A DNA stretch of 50,768 bases, filler included, from Basidioascus undulatus (taxonomy: Eukaryota): the NCBI GenBank assembly GCA_000826855.1. It is 3 parts of 3 records of this genome, joined end to end, with 100 filler letters (N's around TTAATTAATTAA, not from the genome) between each part and the next. Parts side by side here need not be neighbours in the genome. Positions count along the whole stretch, not along the records: positions 33,929 to 50,768 come from JTLS01000561.1; 2 more parts are not named here. One strand, 5' to 3'. Below the pieces are notes generated by a model. It was not told the origin of the DNA. It worked only from the letters and a program-made list of their open reading frames with translations, and did no database searches. The translations under genes were made by a program, and so were the position numbers. Below, one piece after another: positions 40,601 to 50,768 of this stretch (its first letter is position 1; the number at the start of each line of letters is the position of its first letter).

Positions 40601-41140
40601 ACCTCGGACCAATATGTGTCTCTCTTTTTCGACAGACCCCGCTGGCAAATACGTCCCGCAGACGCGCTCGACTCCAAAGGACTCGATCCTCGCCTTCACG
40701 GCCGGCAACCAGAGCATCCGCAACGAGGACATCGCAGCCTGGTTCACGTTTGGTGTGACTCGTACGTCTCTTCTTCGTATCTCTCCTTGCTCATCATGCT
40801 CACACTTTGTCATTTCGCACGAAGACATCCCTCGACCCGAGGACTTCCCTGTGTGCGTTTCCTTTCATTCTGCTTTCCACCGTTTGAAATTGCAGTACTG
40901 ACTTTCAGCTTAATAAACAGCATGCCTGTGTAAGCTCTCGCTTCCCTCCCACCTATTTCTCCGCCGCGGCGATCAGCTAACTTCCAACCGAACCGAAACA
41001 GCGAGCACTGCCGCCTTATGTTCAAGCCCGCGGGCTTCTTCGACCAGAACCCTGCGCTGGACGTGCCCTCTTCGGCCGACCTTCGCTCGCAATACGCTGT
41101 TTCGAGTGCGAGCTGCTGCACGCCACAGTCGCGTATCTGA
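37673..41140 (+). CDS. Copper/TPQ-containing primary amine oxidase with many introns; C-terminal SRI is PTS1-like
   Basis: HPLDPLT..EI, AFDVGEYGLG, NELSLGCDCKG, ICIHEEDAG, TVANYEY (TPQ precursor), HYHQHLF, and THIPRPEDFPVMP (third Cu His). Confidence 0.95.
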
Positions 41141-41474
41141 GCAAACCTTCGGGAAGATGATGACTGCGGTTTAATCTTTTTGGGCCTGGGCCTGGGCTCG
41201 CTTGCTGCTATATTTGATGACTGCTTTGAATGATTGTACTAGAACAGAACGTGGCACGCTTTTCTGATATTGGCGCTCAACGCGTGAGCGTGGGGAACTC
41301 CGTATCTAAATGCACAGGAACGGTCAAATGGCAGACTGCCCATCACTCGTCGCAGCTTTCGTTCTCATTGACCGATCTTGAATGAATCATCGCGGGTAAT
41401 ACATAGATACGTGCACTGTAGCTGCGCAAGAATTGTAACGAGAGGTATGAAACGAGGGCGGGAGAAAGAGGAAA

Positions 41475-44400
41475 CTAGCCGGGCACCACGATCGAAGGAG
41501 ACATCCACGACTCGTCTGGCGAAATTGCGCCGCTCAGGTCGCGGTACTTCGCACAGCTCGGTGTCTGCGCACTCATACTGTTCAAGAACGGTTCGATCGC
41601 CTGTGATTTTCAGCGCTCGAAGAAGCAGGCGATACTGCCAGCGCGACTGAGCATCATAAGTCAGCTCAAACTGTGAGGAAATAAGAGAGGAACCGATCCA
41701 ACCTCGTCGGCCTGAACCCTCGTGCCATTACCGTAGACGCCCTGGCACGGCATCGCGAGCAGTGACTGGCCATCGTCAACCGGCGTGCGAGGTATCTGCA
41801 GGTTGTTTTCAGCATTCAGTGTCCGCCCATGAAACGAGAGAAAAGAGACGGTTCGGCGGACCTCAAACTCCTGGTCGATGACGCCGACAGTCGAAATAGC
41901 GCCAGCGTGGAGGCTCTGGGTGAAGGACGAGGCCGAGTTGGGGAACGTCCCATACCCGAGGCTCGAGATTACGGAGCTCGTCGAGGCCGGACACGGCTCT
42001 TCTCAGGATGCCCTTGCTCCAGCGTGCAGGGGTGGCCGGAATTGACGGAGAGGCAGGATAGGTCGCAGTGAAGTCGAGGTCGGCCTGCACGAGATCCAAT
42101 CTCAAATAGGGCGTGCCTTCTGCCAGTCTGTTTCCACCGGACGGAGGTTCCACGCAGATTTCAGGTCGGTCAAACGATACCCGAACAGAAAGAGTCTAGC
42201 AGCTCACTGGCATACAGCGTCGGCTATGTAACAGTCTCACAGTCAGCAAATGCGCAGACTTTCCCCAGTGAACTGTCGACGCACGTAGTCAGTCGCGTTG
42301 AAACTGTAAGACTGCCAGTCCGAGACGATGTTCCCGAGCGCGTCCACGAGAGCAGGGGTGCTCTGACCGAGCCGCTCGCTCGAGTCTTCGAATGACTTGA
42401 AGATCCCTCATCCGAGCAGCGATGCCTTTCAATGCGCACATAGTCAGCTGCTTCGTTTGATGGAGAAGGTATCGTTCAAGCAAGAAATCCTACCCAAGAA
42501 CGGGAGGCTGAAGCGTTCTGAGCTGTTGTCAGATTCGATCTGTCGATTTCATATAGAGTGTCAGTGACAGCGCATGCTAGAGGTATGGAACGCAAACACT
42601 GACCTGAATGAACCCAGAGTAGAACGGCAGCTGCGTGCTGTCGAGCGCGGTCGGCGGCGACACACTGAGCGGTACAGGTACGGTAGCACCAGCCGGAACC
42701 CAGACTTTCGAGAGCGAGAGCCTGACCTCCGCGGAGGCAGCGCTGAGCGAAACGGTATGGACGAAGGGAACGAGGCTTCCCTGGAGCCCGAAAATTTTCA
42801 TCAGCCTCAGACGGATAGAATAGTGGACAGCAGATGGTCCCTAGCGCACCGCCGGGTATGTTGTGCCTGTGCATACAGGAATGTGAGAGAGCATGTACAG
42901 CTTTGGCTCGCTGCTGGTGTTGGGTATCACTGCATGAAGTAGGCATGTTCCGTCAGGACGTGGAACTGGGAAGGACAGACGGCTGTCGCGTACTGATCGT
43001 TCGCATGCGTGTCGGAGAGACGGTGTCGTTGAGCTCGAGCTTCGACGGCGTAATCAGCGTTGTGGCGCGGACGGCCGAGTCTGAAACAAAACCGGTCAGT
43101 GGGTTGTGCTTGGAGGAGCCACGGTCAAATGAAATAAACGAACAGACGTCGATATTCCCGGAGCCCTGTTTCGCAACCGTCTCCAGCGGCGCGACGCCGT
43201 CAATGTCGCGAGTGATTCGCACTGATGTCGTCGAGAGTCGAGCGCGGACGTCGGAGGCTGTGAGATTTTTCCCAAAGCGCTCATGGCGGCGCCACCGATC
43301 CAGCCACTCTGTAAAGAGGCAAAGTGATCAGCAGTCGCGAGAAATAAAAAGGAAGAGCGACATGCAGCGGCGACGCCATACTCGTGCCTGCCAGCAAAAC
43401 TCGCATTGGCTATATCGAAATCTTGGACGAAGAAATTGATGATGCACCAGAAGTGATGTTGTAGCGTCCAAGCGCAAGAGGCTGAGGAAGCAAAGCATGA
43501 GCGAGACGAGCAAGGACGAACGCTGCACAACCGAACTTACCCAAGTACTCCGAACTTGCCCTCCAGGTGCCGAAACATTCGGCTTCATCAGAGCGTCCCA
43601 GGTTGTCGCAAGGCTGCGAGCAACAGAAATAAAGGTCAGACGCCTGGTCCGGGCGGAAAGCAGCTGCGCCTACTTGCCTCGAGTAGTTGACATCAATCCA
43701 CCCGTCGCAAGATTCGGAACCTCGCCGGCAGCGTCGTTCGGAAACGGGATGGAGGCGCCGTTCGAGGCAGCAAGCTGACTGACGAGCTGTCCGGATCGAT
43801 TTGTAAGCATCGAAAGACTTCTCCCGGCCAGGAATAGCGGGCACGCACGAAATTGCCGTGTTCACGCGAGATCGCCGCTGCGAGCATACCCGCCGGTGCC
43901 GACGTCTGGACGTATGGTGGGTCACAGGGCGCATTGTCTGAAATTTAGCTGAACGTGAGCCGGTATCTCGCAGGCAGTACAACATGGAATCACGCACTCA
44001 TTGCGAGGACGACTCGCACCCTTCGCAGCGACGTTCTCGAACATGGCCGAGAAGTGCAGTTGCCCCGGCGAACGAGGACGCAGAAGCTGGAAAGGTCGGG
44101 CGTGCTCGCAGGCGCGCTGTGCAGGCGTCCATCGGGGGGTTGAGGTTCGTCGTCGTGGCGTACAGCGGTAGCGGGCCGATATTGAACGAGTTGAGGTTGA
44201 AGTAGGTCTGCGTGCCAGGTGGGGTGCGAGTTGCCTTCAGCGAAATGACATTGACTGGTTGACCAAGAAGAAGTTGACTTCACGATGTCGCATCCCATGT
44301 TCTGAGCGACGTGCACGGGAGTCGAACCGCTGTGGGCAGCAAGATCAGGCCGCAGCGAAGAATAAACGATGAGAGACGGCGCACCTTTCCATGCTACCGA

Positions 44401-46036
44401 CAGCAATCACGTCCACGCCCGAGCTTATAGATGAGCCGTAGAAGGCGCCGTCGGCCCCGGAATTCCCGGCGCTGGACTGTGAAGCGCAAACAGGATGATG
44501 AACATTTCATGCGGAAAAGTAAGCATCAGGCTGGACACGCACCGACTAGTCTCCCCATCTGCACAATGCGATTTGCAACCAGCGCACTCTCGTCATTTGC
44601 CCATCTGTACGAGCCGCCGAGGGACAAATTCAAAACGTCGCATCCGTCCCCGTACGCCGCGATGAGCGCTTTCACCAGGACGTCGTTCTCGGCCCCGCCT
44701 GAGAGATGATCAAGTGCCGCGTTAACGTCGAACGATGCGAAGGCGAAGTCATTGAAAGCGCTCACCTTGCATCCGAAAACTCTGTACATGCGAATACTCG
44801 CTTGCAGCGCCACGCCCAGCAGGCCGTACTGGCTCGAGTTGGCAGCAACGATGCCGGCAACTGGAATGCGGTGGCACAGTGTTGTTAGCTACGCAGCCGG
44901 TTGAGAGGATGTTGTTCCACTTGCCCTGCGTGCCGTGACCCTCGCACTCGTCTGAAAGAATGACGGTTTCAGTATCGACCCCTCACGGGAGAGCCTAGCA
45001 TGGCAGGCGCACCAAGCGGGTCGTCGTCCGGGACTGGGGCGCTTTCAGGATCCCCCTGTACGCATCACCAAGTAAGTCAGTGCCCCCGGTAACCTTGAAG
45101 CCTGGACCGAAGCCTCGCCTGCGAATGAAGGATGAGTACCATTGAGAGCATGTCCGTACGGCCCGGAAAGCCCTACCGAGGTTGGGATAGTTGTAGTCGA
45201 TGCCCTATCAAGTAATTTCAGCCTTCCCATTTCGTAACGCTGTGCTCGCCCCGCCGAGGAAGCCTCACCCGAGTCGATGATGCCCACGGTGATCCCTGAG
45301 GAAGCAAGGGTGGGGTCAGCCCTTTGACCGACTGCGCAGCCAGATCGCCAACCACCAGCTCATTGACTGTAGCAAACGGGACGCTTACCTTGACCCAAAA
45401 CACCCTCCGCATGCAGTTCATCGGCGCGCGTCTGACGGTGCGTGATGTACGCCTTGCCCGCGGCGGCTGAGAGGTCCGTTGCGAGCTGCGCGTTGAAGAG
45501 CTCTGGGTGCGGGATGTACCGGACGGGCGAGACGCGCTTGACGCCTTCGATGCCGGAGAGGTCATTGACGTCCTAGGTAGAAGTGTGTGTTTTCAGTCGA
45601 GGTGGGTTTGGGGGAGGGAGGGATAGGGAAAGCAGGCCGACTTACCGCTGCGTCCTGGAGACAGCCAAGTCGAGAGGATTCAGTCGGGACCCGAGAGCAC
45701 GGAGGAAGTTGAATACGCGCGACCAGCTTCATGCGAGACCCCGACATACAGGTCCTCATTCTCGAACCGCTCCCTGACAGCGAAGCCGACACTCCTGGCG
45801 CGAAGCTCACTGTCAAAGCGCTCATGCGGGTGCGAAGTGAAACGGGCTGTCAGGGCTCCCAGACGCTGTCGGGACCTCTCATCTCGCAATGAAGAGACGT
45901 ACCGAGATGGAGCGTTTGGTGAGAGATCCACGGTTGTCTTATTCTCGAGCTCGACAATCCATGTCAAGTTGACGGTCGCGGCGGACGCTGCGGCGACACA
46001 GGCGCTCGCTGCGGCGATGAGATGAAAGAGCTGCAT
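41475..46036 (-). pseudogene. Secreted S8 subtilase with PA and C-terminal Fn3-like domains, frameshifted
   Basis: Signal peptide, VGIIDSG, HGTQVAG, NLSLGG, SAGN, VLVRRGNC, KPNVSAPGG, GTSMASP and KQGSG are all present. The frame breaks within exons near 44113, 44051, 44014 and 43287. Confidence 0.75.
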
Positions 46037-46635
46037 CGCTTTCGACCGGCGAGAACTATGGGGTTCTAGAATAAGGATGATAGTGGGGATGATAGTGGGG
46101 AAGAGGGATCCTGGACGAAGAAGACCATCGCCCACCCGATCCGAGCTGCGACGCGGAGGAGCTGATCGCTCAAGATCGCCGTTGCTAAGGAACTGATATG
46201 GCGCATACCGTATGATGAAAACTCGACGGCATGTCTGGTGCACGTTTCAGTTGAAACAAATAGTTGCATGTGCGGCTGGATGTGCAGCACACTTCAGCAG
46301 AGACGCACGAAGCCCAGTTGTGAGGAGACGACGAACAGCAGACCACAGAACTTCCATGCACCGTAACTGCCATCGTGCGCTCGTGGTGTTGGTGTTGGCT
46401 GGTCAGTAGGGGGATAAAAATACTTGCAACTTGACTGCTACCGACGTAGGCTGCGGCGAACTGTCTGTCGACAACTCAACTTAGGTGCTGGCCTGACTTC
46501 AACTGGGCAGAGCAAACGTCGAAAAGAACCACCACACCCTACGCACAGCAATCCGCGCAAACAAGCAATGATCATGGCAGCATGATATAATGGACGGCAT
46601 ACTCATACTCCCGAGCCCAGCGACTCTGTGCCCGC

Positions 46636-47226
46636 TTAAGCACCGAGGGTGGAGAGGAGCTTTCCGAACAACGCCCAGGCAACAAAGTCAGTCACTTCCG
46701 CCATGAATCAAGCAACATCGAGGATCAAATAACGCACGTCAGAGTCACCAGCGTCCGAGATGGTCATGACACCGACGCGGAAGAGCTTGCCGGCGGCGGT
46801 GCCGAGGGCGACGTTGGTGCCGGCGTAGTGGTGCACGGCCGTCTTGGACAACATGGCGTAGTACTCGAGCTCCGACTTGCGCAGCGGCGGGCAGTTGCCG
46901 GAGATGAGGACAAGCTTGGCTGTTTGCACCGTAGTGCCACAGCGAAAGAGGAAGGAAGAGAGGGAAGGCGGAGCGTCAGCGAATCAGTGGACCTTCTCAG
47001 CCGCGCACGGCTCCAGTCCGGTCGTCCCTCCCGCTGTCCATAGACCCCTGTCCCCACCGAGAGGGAACCCAGCCTGGAAGTTTAAAGAAAGAAGGGGCTC
47101 ACCCTTGCCGGAGCGGAGCTGCTTGAGCGCGCTCTTGTAGCCGAGGGTGTACTTGCCCGACTTGACAACAAGCTGGAGCTTGCTGTTGATGTTGTCGGAC
47201 GTCTTGGTCTTCTTAGCGGGGGCCAT
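46636..47226 (-). CDS. RPL30: 60S ribosomal protein L30 (eL30); exons 47226-47103, 46919-46738, 46659-46636
   Basis: [62 protein letters not shown]. Confidence 0.97.
46989..47019 (-). promoter_or_regulatory. Predicted kink-turn RNA element (eL30-binding type) in RPL30 intron 2
   Basis: Transcript GGACU-GGA-GCCG-UGCG-CGGC-UGA-GA-A-GGUCC forms a canonical stem, 3-nt bulge, tandem G.A/A.G pairs, an A.G third pair and a 5-bp closing stem. Confidence 0.7.
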
Positions 47227-47971
47227 CTGCGGGCGATGGGCAGTATCGTCAGCGTCAATGTAGACGAGCGTGTAAACCGCGATGCGACAGCCACGCACTG
47301 CTGCTTGCTTGCTGCGTCGGAGGGAGTGAGCGTCGCTGGACAAGACCAGAACTGCGAAGACGAAAAGCTGATGAGGCGGAGGAGCGCGTGGGAATTGATA
47401 TCTGTGCAGCTGCAAGGAAGTCAGCTCCGCCAATCTAAAGTCCGTCGCCGTCAAAGGACCTCTTGTTTTGAAAAGTCCAGCGGCGTGCCTTTTCGATTGG
47501 TATATGAAAGCTTACCTGTTAGATCTGAGCTGACGCGAACGGAAGTGAAGCACTAAGAGCGAAAGACAAGACAAGACAAGACCAAGTTGATGAGGCCATG
47601 CTACTGCACCACTCCAGAATACAAGCCCGCCTTAACACCGACACGCGTCCCAGCGACCCATATCCTCGCAGCCTAGCAGTCACTATATGTTCTACTCCCC
47701 CACGCCAGGGGGGACGGCTGGAAGAAAAGCAAGCTGGCCCTCCACACTCTATCGCACTGCGCTTGCTACCTGAGTCCCCTCCCTGCGTGTCGCACCCTTA
47801 GGCGTGTGATAAAAGAGCCCCCAAACCCTCTTAGGGAACAAAATTGGCCCCGTCTATGGTTGTTCCTCCCGACAGACAAAACTCTCAAACGCGGCTGCGC
47901 TGGCGTGCAGTCTCCTTACCCCTTGTCTTCCGAGCCACTGTCTCCTGAGTTTTAAGCCCTTCTTCACCTCA

Positions 47972-48198
47972 ACTGTAACCGCATGATGATTTACAGCCGG
48001 CACGTGACTGCCAAATGACGTGACACTAGTAATTTACTAAACCTAACAATCACTAGTAAGTTACTGTTTAGTAAGTTACTGTTTAGTAAGTTACTGTTTA
48101 GTAATTTACTAGTATCACGTGACAAATCACTAGTAAGTTAGTAGGGTCCGGCACCCCCGTGTGACGCGTGACGTTGTAAATGATCATGCGGGTACAGT
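47972..48198. mobile_element. MITE-like non-autonomous element, about 227 bp, with 24-bp terminal inverted repeats
   Basis: Left ACTGTAACCGCATGATGATTTACA vs reverse complement of the right end ACTGTACCCGCATGATCATTTACA (22/24). AT-rich non-coding interior; TA at the right edge, AA at the left. Confidence 0.7.
48054..48113. repeat. 15-bp tandem repeat TAGTAAGTTACTGTT x3 plus one variant copy
   Basis: Three exact units at 48054-48098, then TAGTAATTTACTAGT. Confidence 0.9.
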
Positions 48199-49922
48199 AT
48201 AGCTCGAAATATCTACATAAATTCACAAGCGTACTTTTACGTCAGAGTTAGATGCTTACCTCGAGCCGACTTTGCAGCAACCTGCACCTCGCGGGCACAG
48301 ACCAGCAAGACGGCCGCGCCGACGTGCACGTTGATCCGTATAGCCTGCCAAGAACCACATAATCTCAACGGCAGTCCCAGAATCTCAGAACCATCATGGA
48401 ATGTGGGAGCATGAGCAGCCGTGCTGAGTTTGTGGTGCGGCTCTCGCCAACTGCTCTGACGTACCATTTCTTCTCTAATCTGAGTCGGCGCTGCAGTGCC
48501 ACATTCCTCTGTTTGCGCAGATTTGAATTAAAGTACCATTGTGAGATATACGTGTGAGATAGCAGCGTGTTCTGGAACGAGGCTTCCTGCATTGTTAGGA
48601 GATTGCCTGTCTCTGTCAGTACTACAGCTTGAATTAATCCAGCCGTAATCAGTAGGGCAACCTTACGTTTACAGAACATCCGCGATCAGATGTTGACCAG
48701 CGAACAAGAACAAGAACATACGCCAAGTACCGTACTGCTGGCGAGAAACACGCCCAGTTGCTCCCATTGGTGGCATGGAAGGGGTGACAGCCTCAATCGC
48801 AAGAATAAAATAAAAAAAAACACATTTGCCTGGGCGCAACCAGCTGTTTGGGAGCTTTTCGCGCAAGGAGGGTGCGTGGGTGGCGGTGACCACGACAACG
48901 TTCTTCTTCTTCCCGATTAATCCATTCCACACATCCAGATTGATGAAACCTCTAAATACCTGATTTAACACGTAGGAGTTCCACATGGGCGGGCTTACGA
49001 GGCTCGCGGGGCAATCGCAGGCTGGGACGACCGTTTTGTACGCCCTCACTGTGGAGATTCACCCCCCGATTCCGCCGTGTCAACCATTACTTACAAACCG
49101 TGTCGAAAGATGTACTACACATCGTCCGATTCATACCCAAGGACCCTGCTAGGAAGCGCACGACAACGCCTTCTCCTGTTGGCTCTTTTGCGCCCGAGGA
49201 GCTCACGGACGGCGAGATCTTGCACGCGGTGCACATAGCTCCTGTACATTACTCCACCAACCCTTACAAAAGCTGTACCATTTACCTCCCGACACTTCCA
49301 ACTTGTCGCGAAGATCGGGCGGAGCACCGTCTCGCCGAATGTGCTAGTCGCGGCCACCGGAACGGACCTTGCGATGGTCCGGCGAACTGGGCGCTGACAG
49401 AGCGTCTTCGGAAGGAAGGATGACTGGTAAAGCTCCTGAAGACGACATCGCCAGCCGAGAATCTCGAGGCCGCTGGATACAAGTTAGGGGGGCTGGACGA
49501 GGCGGACAAGCGCAACCTCGAGACTGTGTCGAAGATCGGGCAGCTGTACAAGGACGTATCGCGGCTGTAGTGCACCGTAACGTGTAAAGAGAACGAACAT
49601 AATAACTTTCTTGTGACGACTGTCTTGACGCAACTACTGTGGGCCATCCGCAGGCGTCATCGCAGCAGGCATGTTCTCACATCGCCCAAAATTGCCCAGC
49701 TTGTTGGAATTTGGAACCGAAGGCTCACAGCACCAAATAATAGGGTACCTTCCAAAAGCCCGGAAAAGCACGGCTGCTGCATGGATGTTGCTGGGCCCCG
49801 ACCATCATTGCTGGAACAGGCATAGCACCCTTACAGGACATGAGGTTGCGAGAAGGAATAATTTGAGCATTTGTGAACATCCCTGATGCTGCATGCTGCC
49901 ACTCTAACTAGATCCGGCTGAT

Positions 49923-50768
49923 TCAGCCACAGATGTTCGGGTACTGGCGCTCACTTGGGTTCTGAGGGATGAAACCCAGCTGCAGGCCGCGGCTGTAGCT
50001 CCACTGCGAAAGGAAGAGCAATGTGAGAATCTGAAGGAGAGTGGTATGCAAGACAGCGTTCGATGACTGACATCGGCAGCTTCCTCGTTCTTCCAAGTCC
50101 AGCTGCAAGGGGGAAGAACGTCAGCTCTGGGGACTGCGTAACAGTCTTGGTTGATGACCCACTAGAACCAGCCGCGGCCCTGCTCCCAGGTGCTTGTCTG
50201 GGCCTCGAAATACTGGCGCAAGAAATCCTTGTAGCTGTCGCTGAAGTTGTCCCCGTTGCCGGTCCAGGCATTGCAGGAGTCGATGTAGTAGGAGCCGCTG
50301 TACGAGCCGTCCTGTTGAAGTGACGCGTGTCAAGATACTTACCGCCATGAAGCAGACTTGCATGAACTCACCCAACGCGCGCCGATGCCGCGGCCGTTGA
50401 GGTACCTCGCACAGTCGGTCTTAGCCAGAGTGAACTGCAAAGAAAAGATGGTGCCATCAAGACTCAGGTAGAGCCCCGAACTTCTGCGGGCAAAAAGACG
50501 CACCTCGCCAACGACGACCCAATGTTGGTTGTTGGAGTGCCACGCGAGGTCTCCCGCTTCCGAACAGGCGGTCTGAGTGGCACACACGTGAGATACCATT
50601 TACCTCAGTATTGGAGATTAACTCACCTGGAAGTGCTCCTGGTCCGAGCGGGCGAGCTCCGGCGAAGAAAATACTTGGTAGCGGTGCGCGTCGAGGTAGA
50701 CGTTCTCGTACTGCGGCGCGGTCATGAAGCCGTTGAAGCTGCTGACCTGCCGGCCCCCTCGGGTGGGG
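49923..50768 (-). CDS. Glycoside hydrolase family 5 exo-1,3-beta-glucanase-like, 3' part only
   Basis: VYLDAHRYQVF, WVVVGE (nucleophile), TDCARYLNGRGIGARW, FLRQYFEAQ, GWFYWTWKNE, WSY...YPNICG*. Confidence 0.9.

Noticed and set aside
48054..48113. Possible CRISPR-like or telomeric array
   Set aside because: The units are contiguous with no spacers, the context is eukaryotic, and the array is internal to a TIR element.
48240..49650. Coding-like fragments with in-frame stops on the plus strand
   Set aside because: Possibly a decayed gene, but no motif could be assigned with confidence.
50155..50170. Apparent premature TAG in the GH5 gene (GWF*)
   Set aside because: Resolved by a TA|GTGGGT intron donor that restores GWFYWTWK.

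Overview
Eukaryotic, intron-rich, GC-rich fungal DNA, most likely a basidiomycete judging by short GT(G/A)(C/A)GT...CTGAC/CTCAC...YAG introns and gene content. The window is three contigs (1-16882, 16983-33828, 33929-50768) joined by artificial 100-bp N/TTAATTAATTAA linkers, so nothing can be inferred across the joins. Contig 1 holds a Ppn2-like metallophosphoesterase, TGS1, UBC8, CDC23, a GT32 mannosyltransferase and a Zn2Cys6 factor. Contig 2 holds a pericentrin/Pcp1-like PACT protein (partial), MPE1, a p24 cargo receptor, a degenerate SRP54 NG-domain gene whose frame runs into RIF1, and a CpG-decayed copia relic. Contig 3 holds a KDM4/Rph1-like demethylase (partial), a divergent EutQ-like cupin / copper amine oxidase pair, a frameshifted subtilase, RPL30, a MITE and a GH5 exo-glucanase (partial). 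The strongest leads are (1) an apparent SRP54(NG)-Rif1 fusion, (2) an L30e-type kink-turn inside RPL30 intron 2 next to the branch site, and (3) a probable U2-type AT-AC intron right after the UBC8 start codon. All gene models were spliced by eye and no database searches were run.
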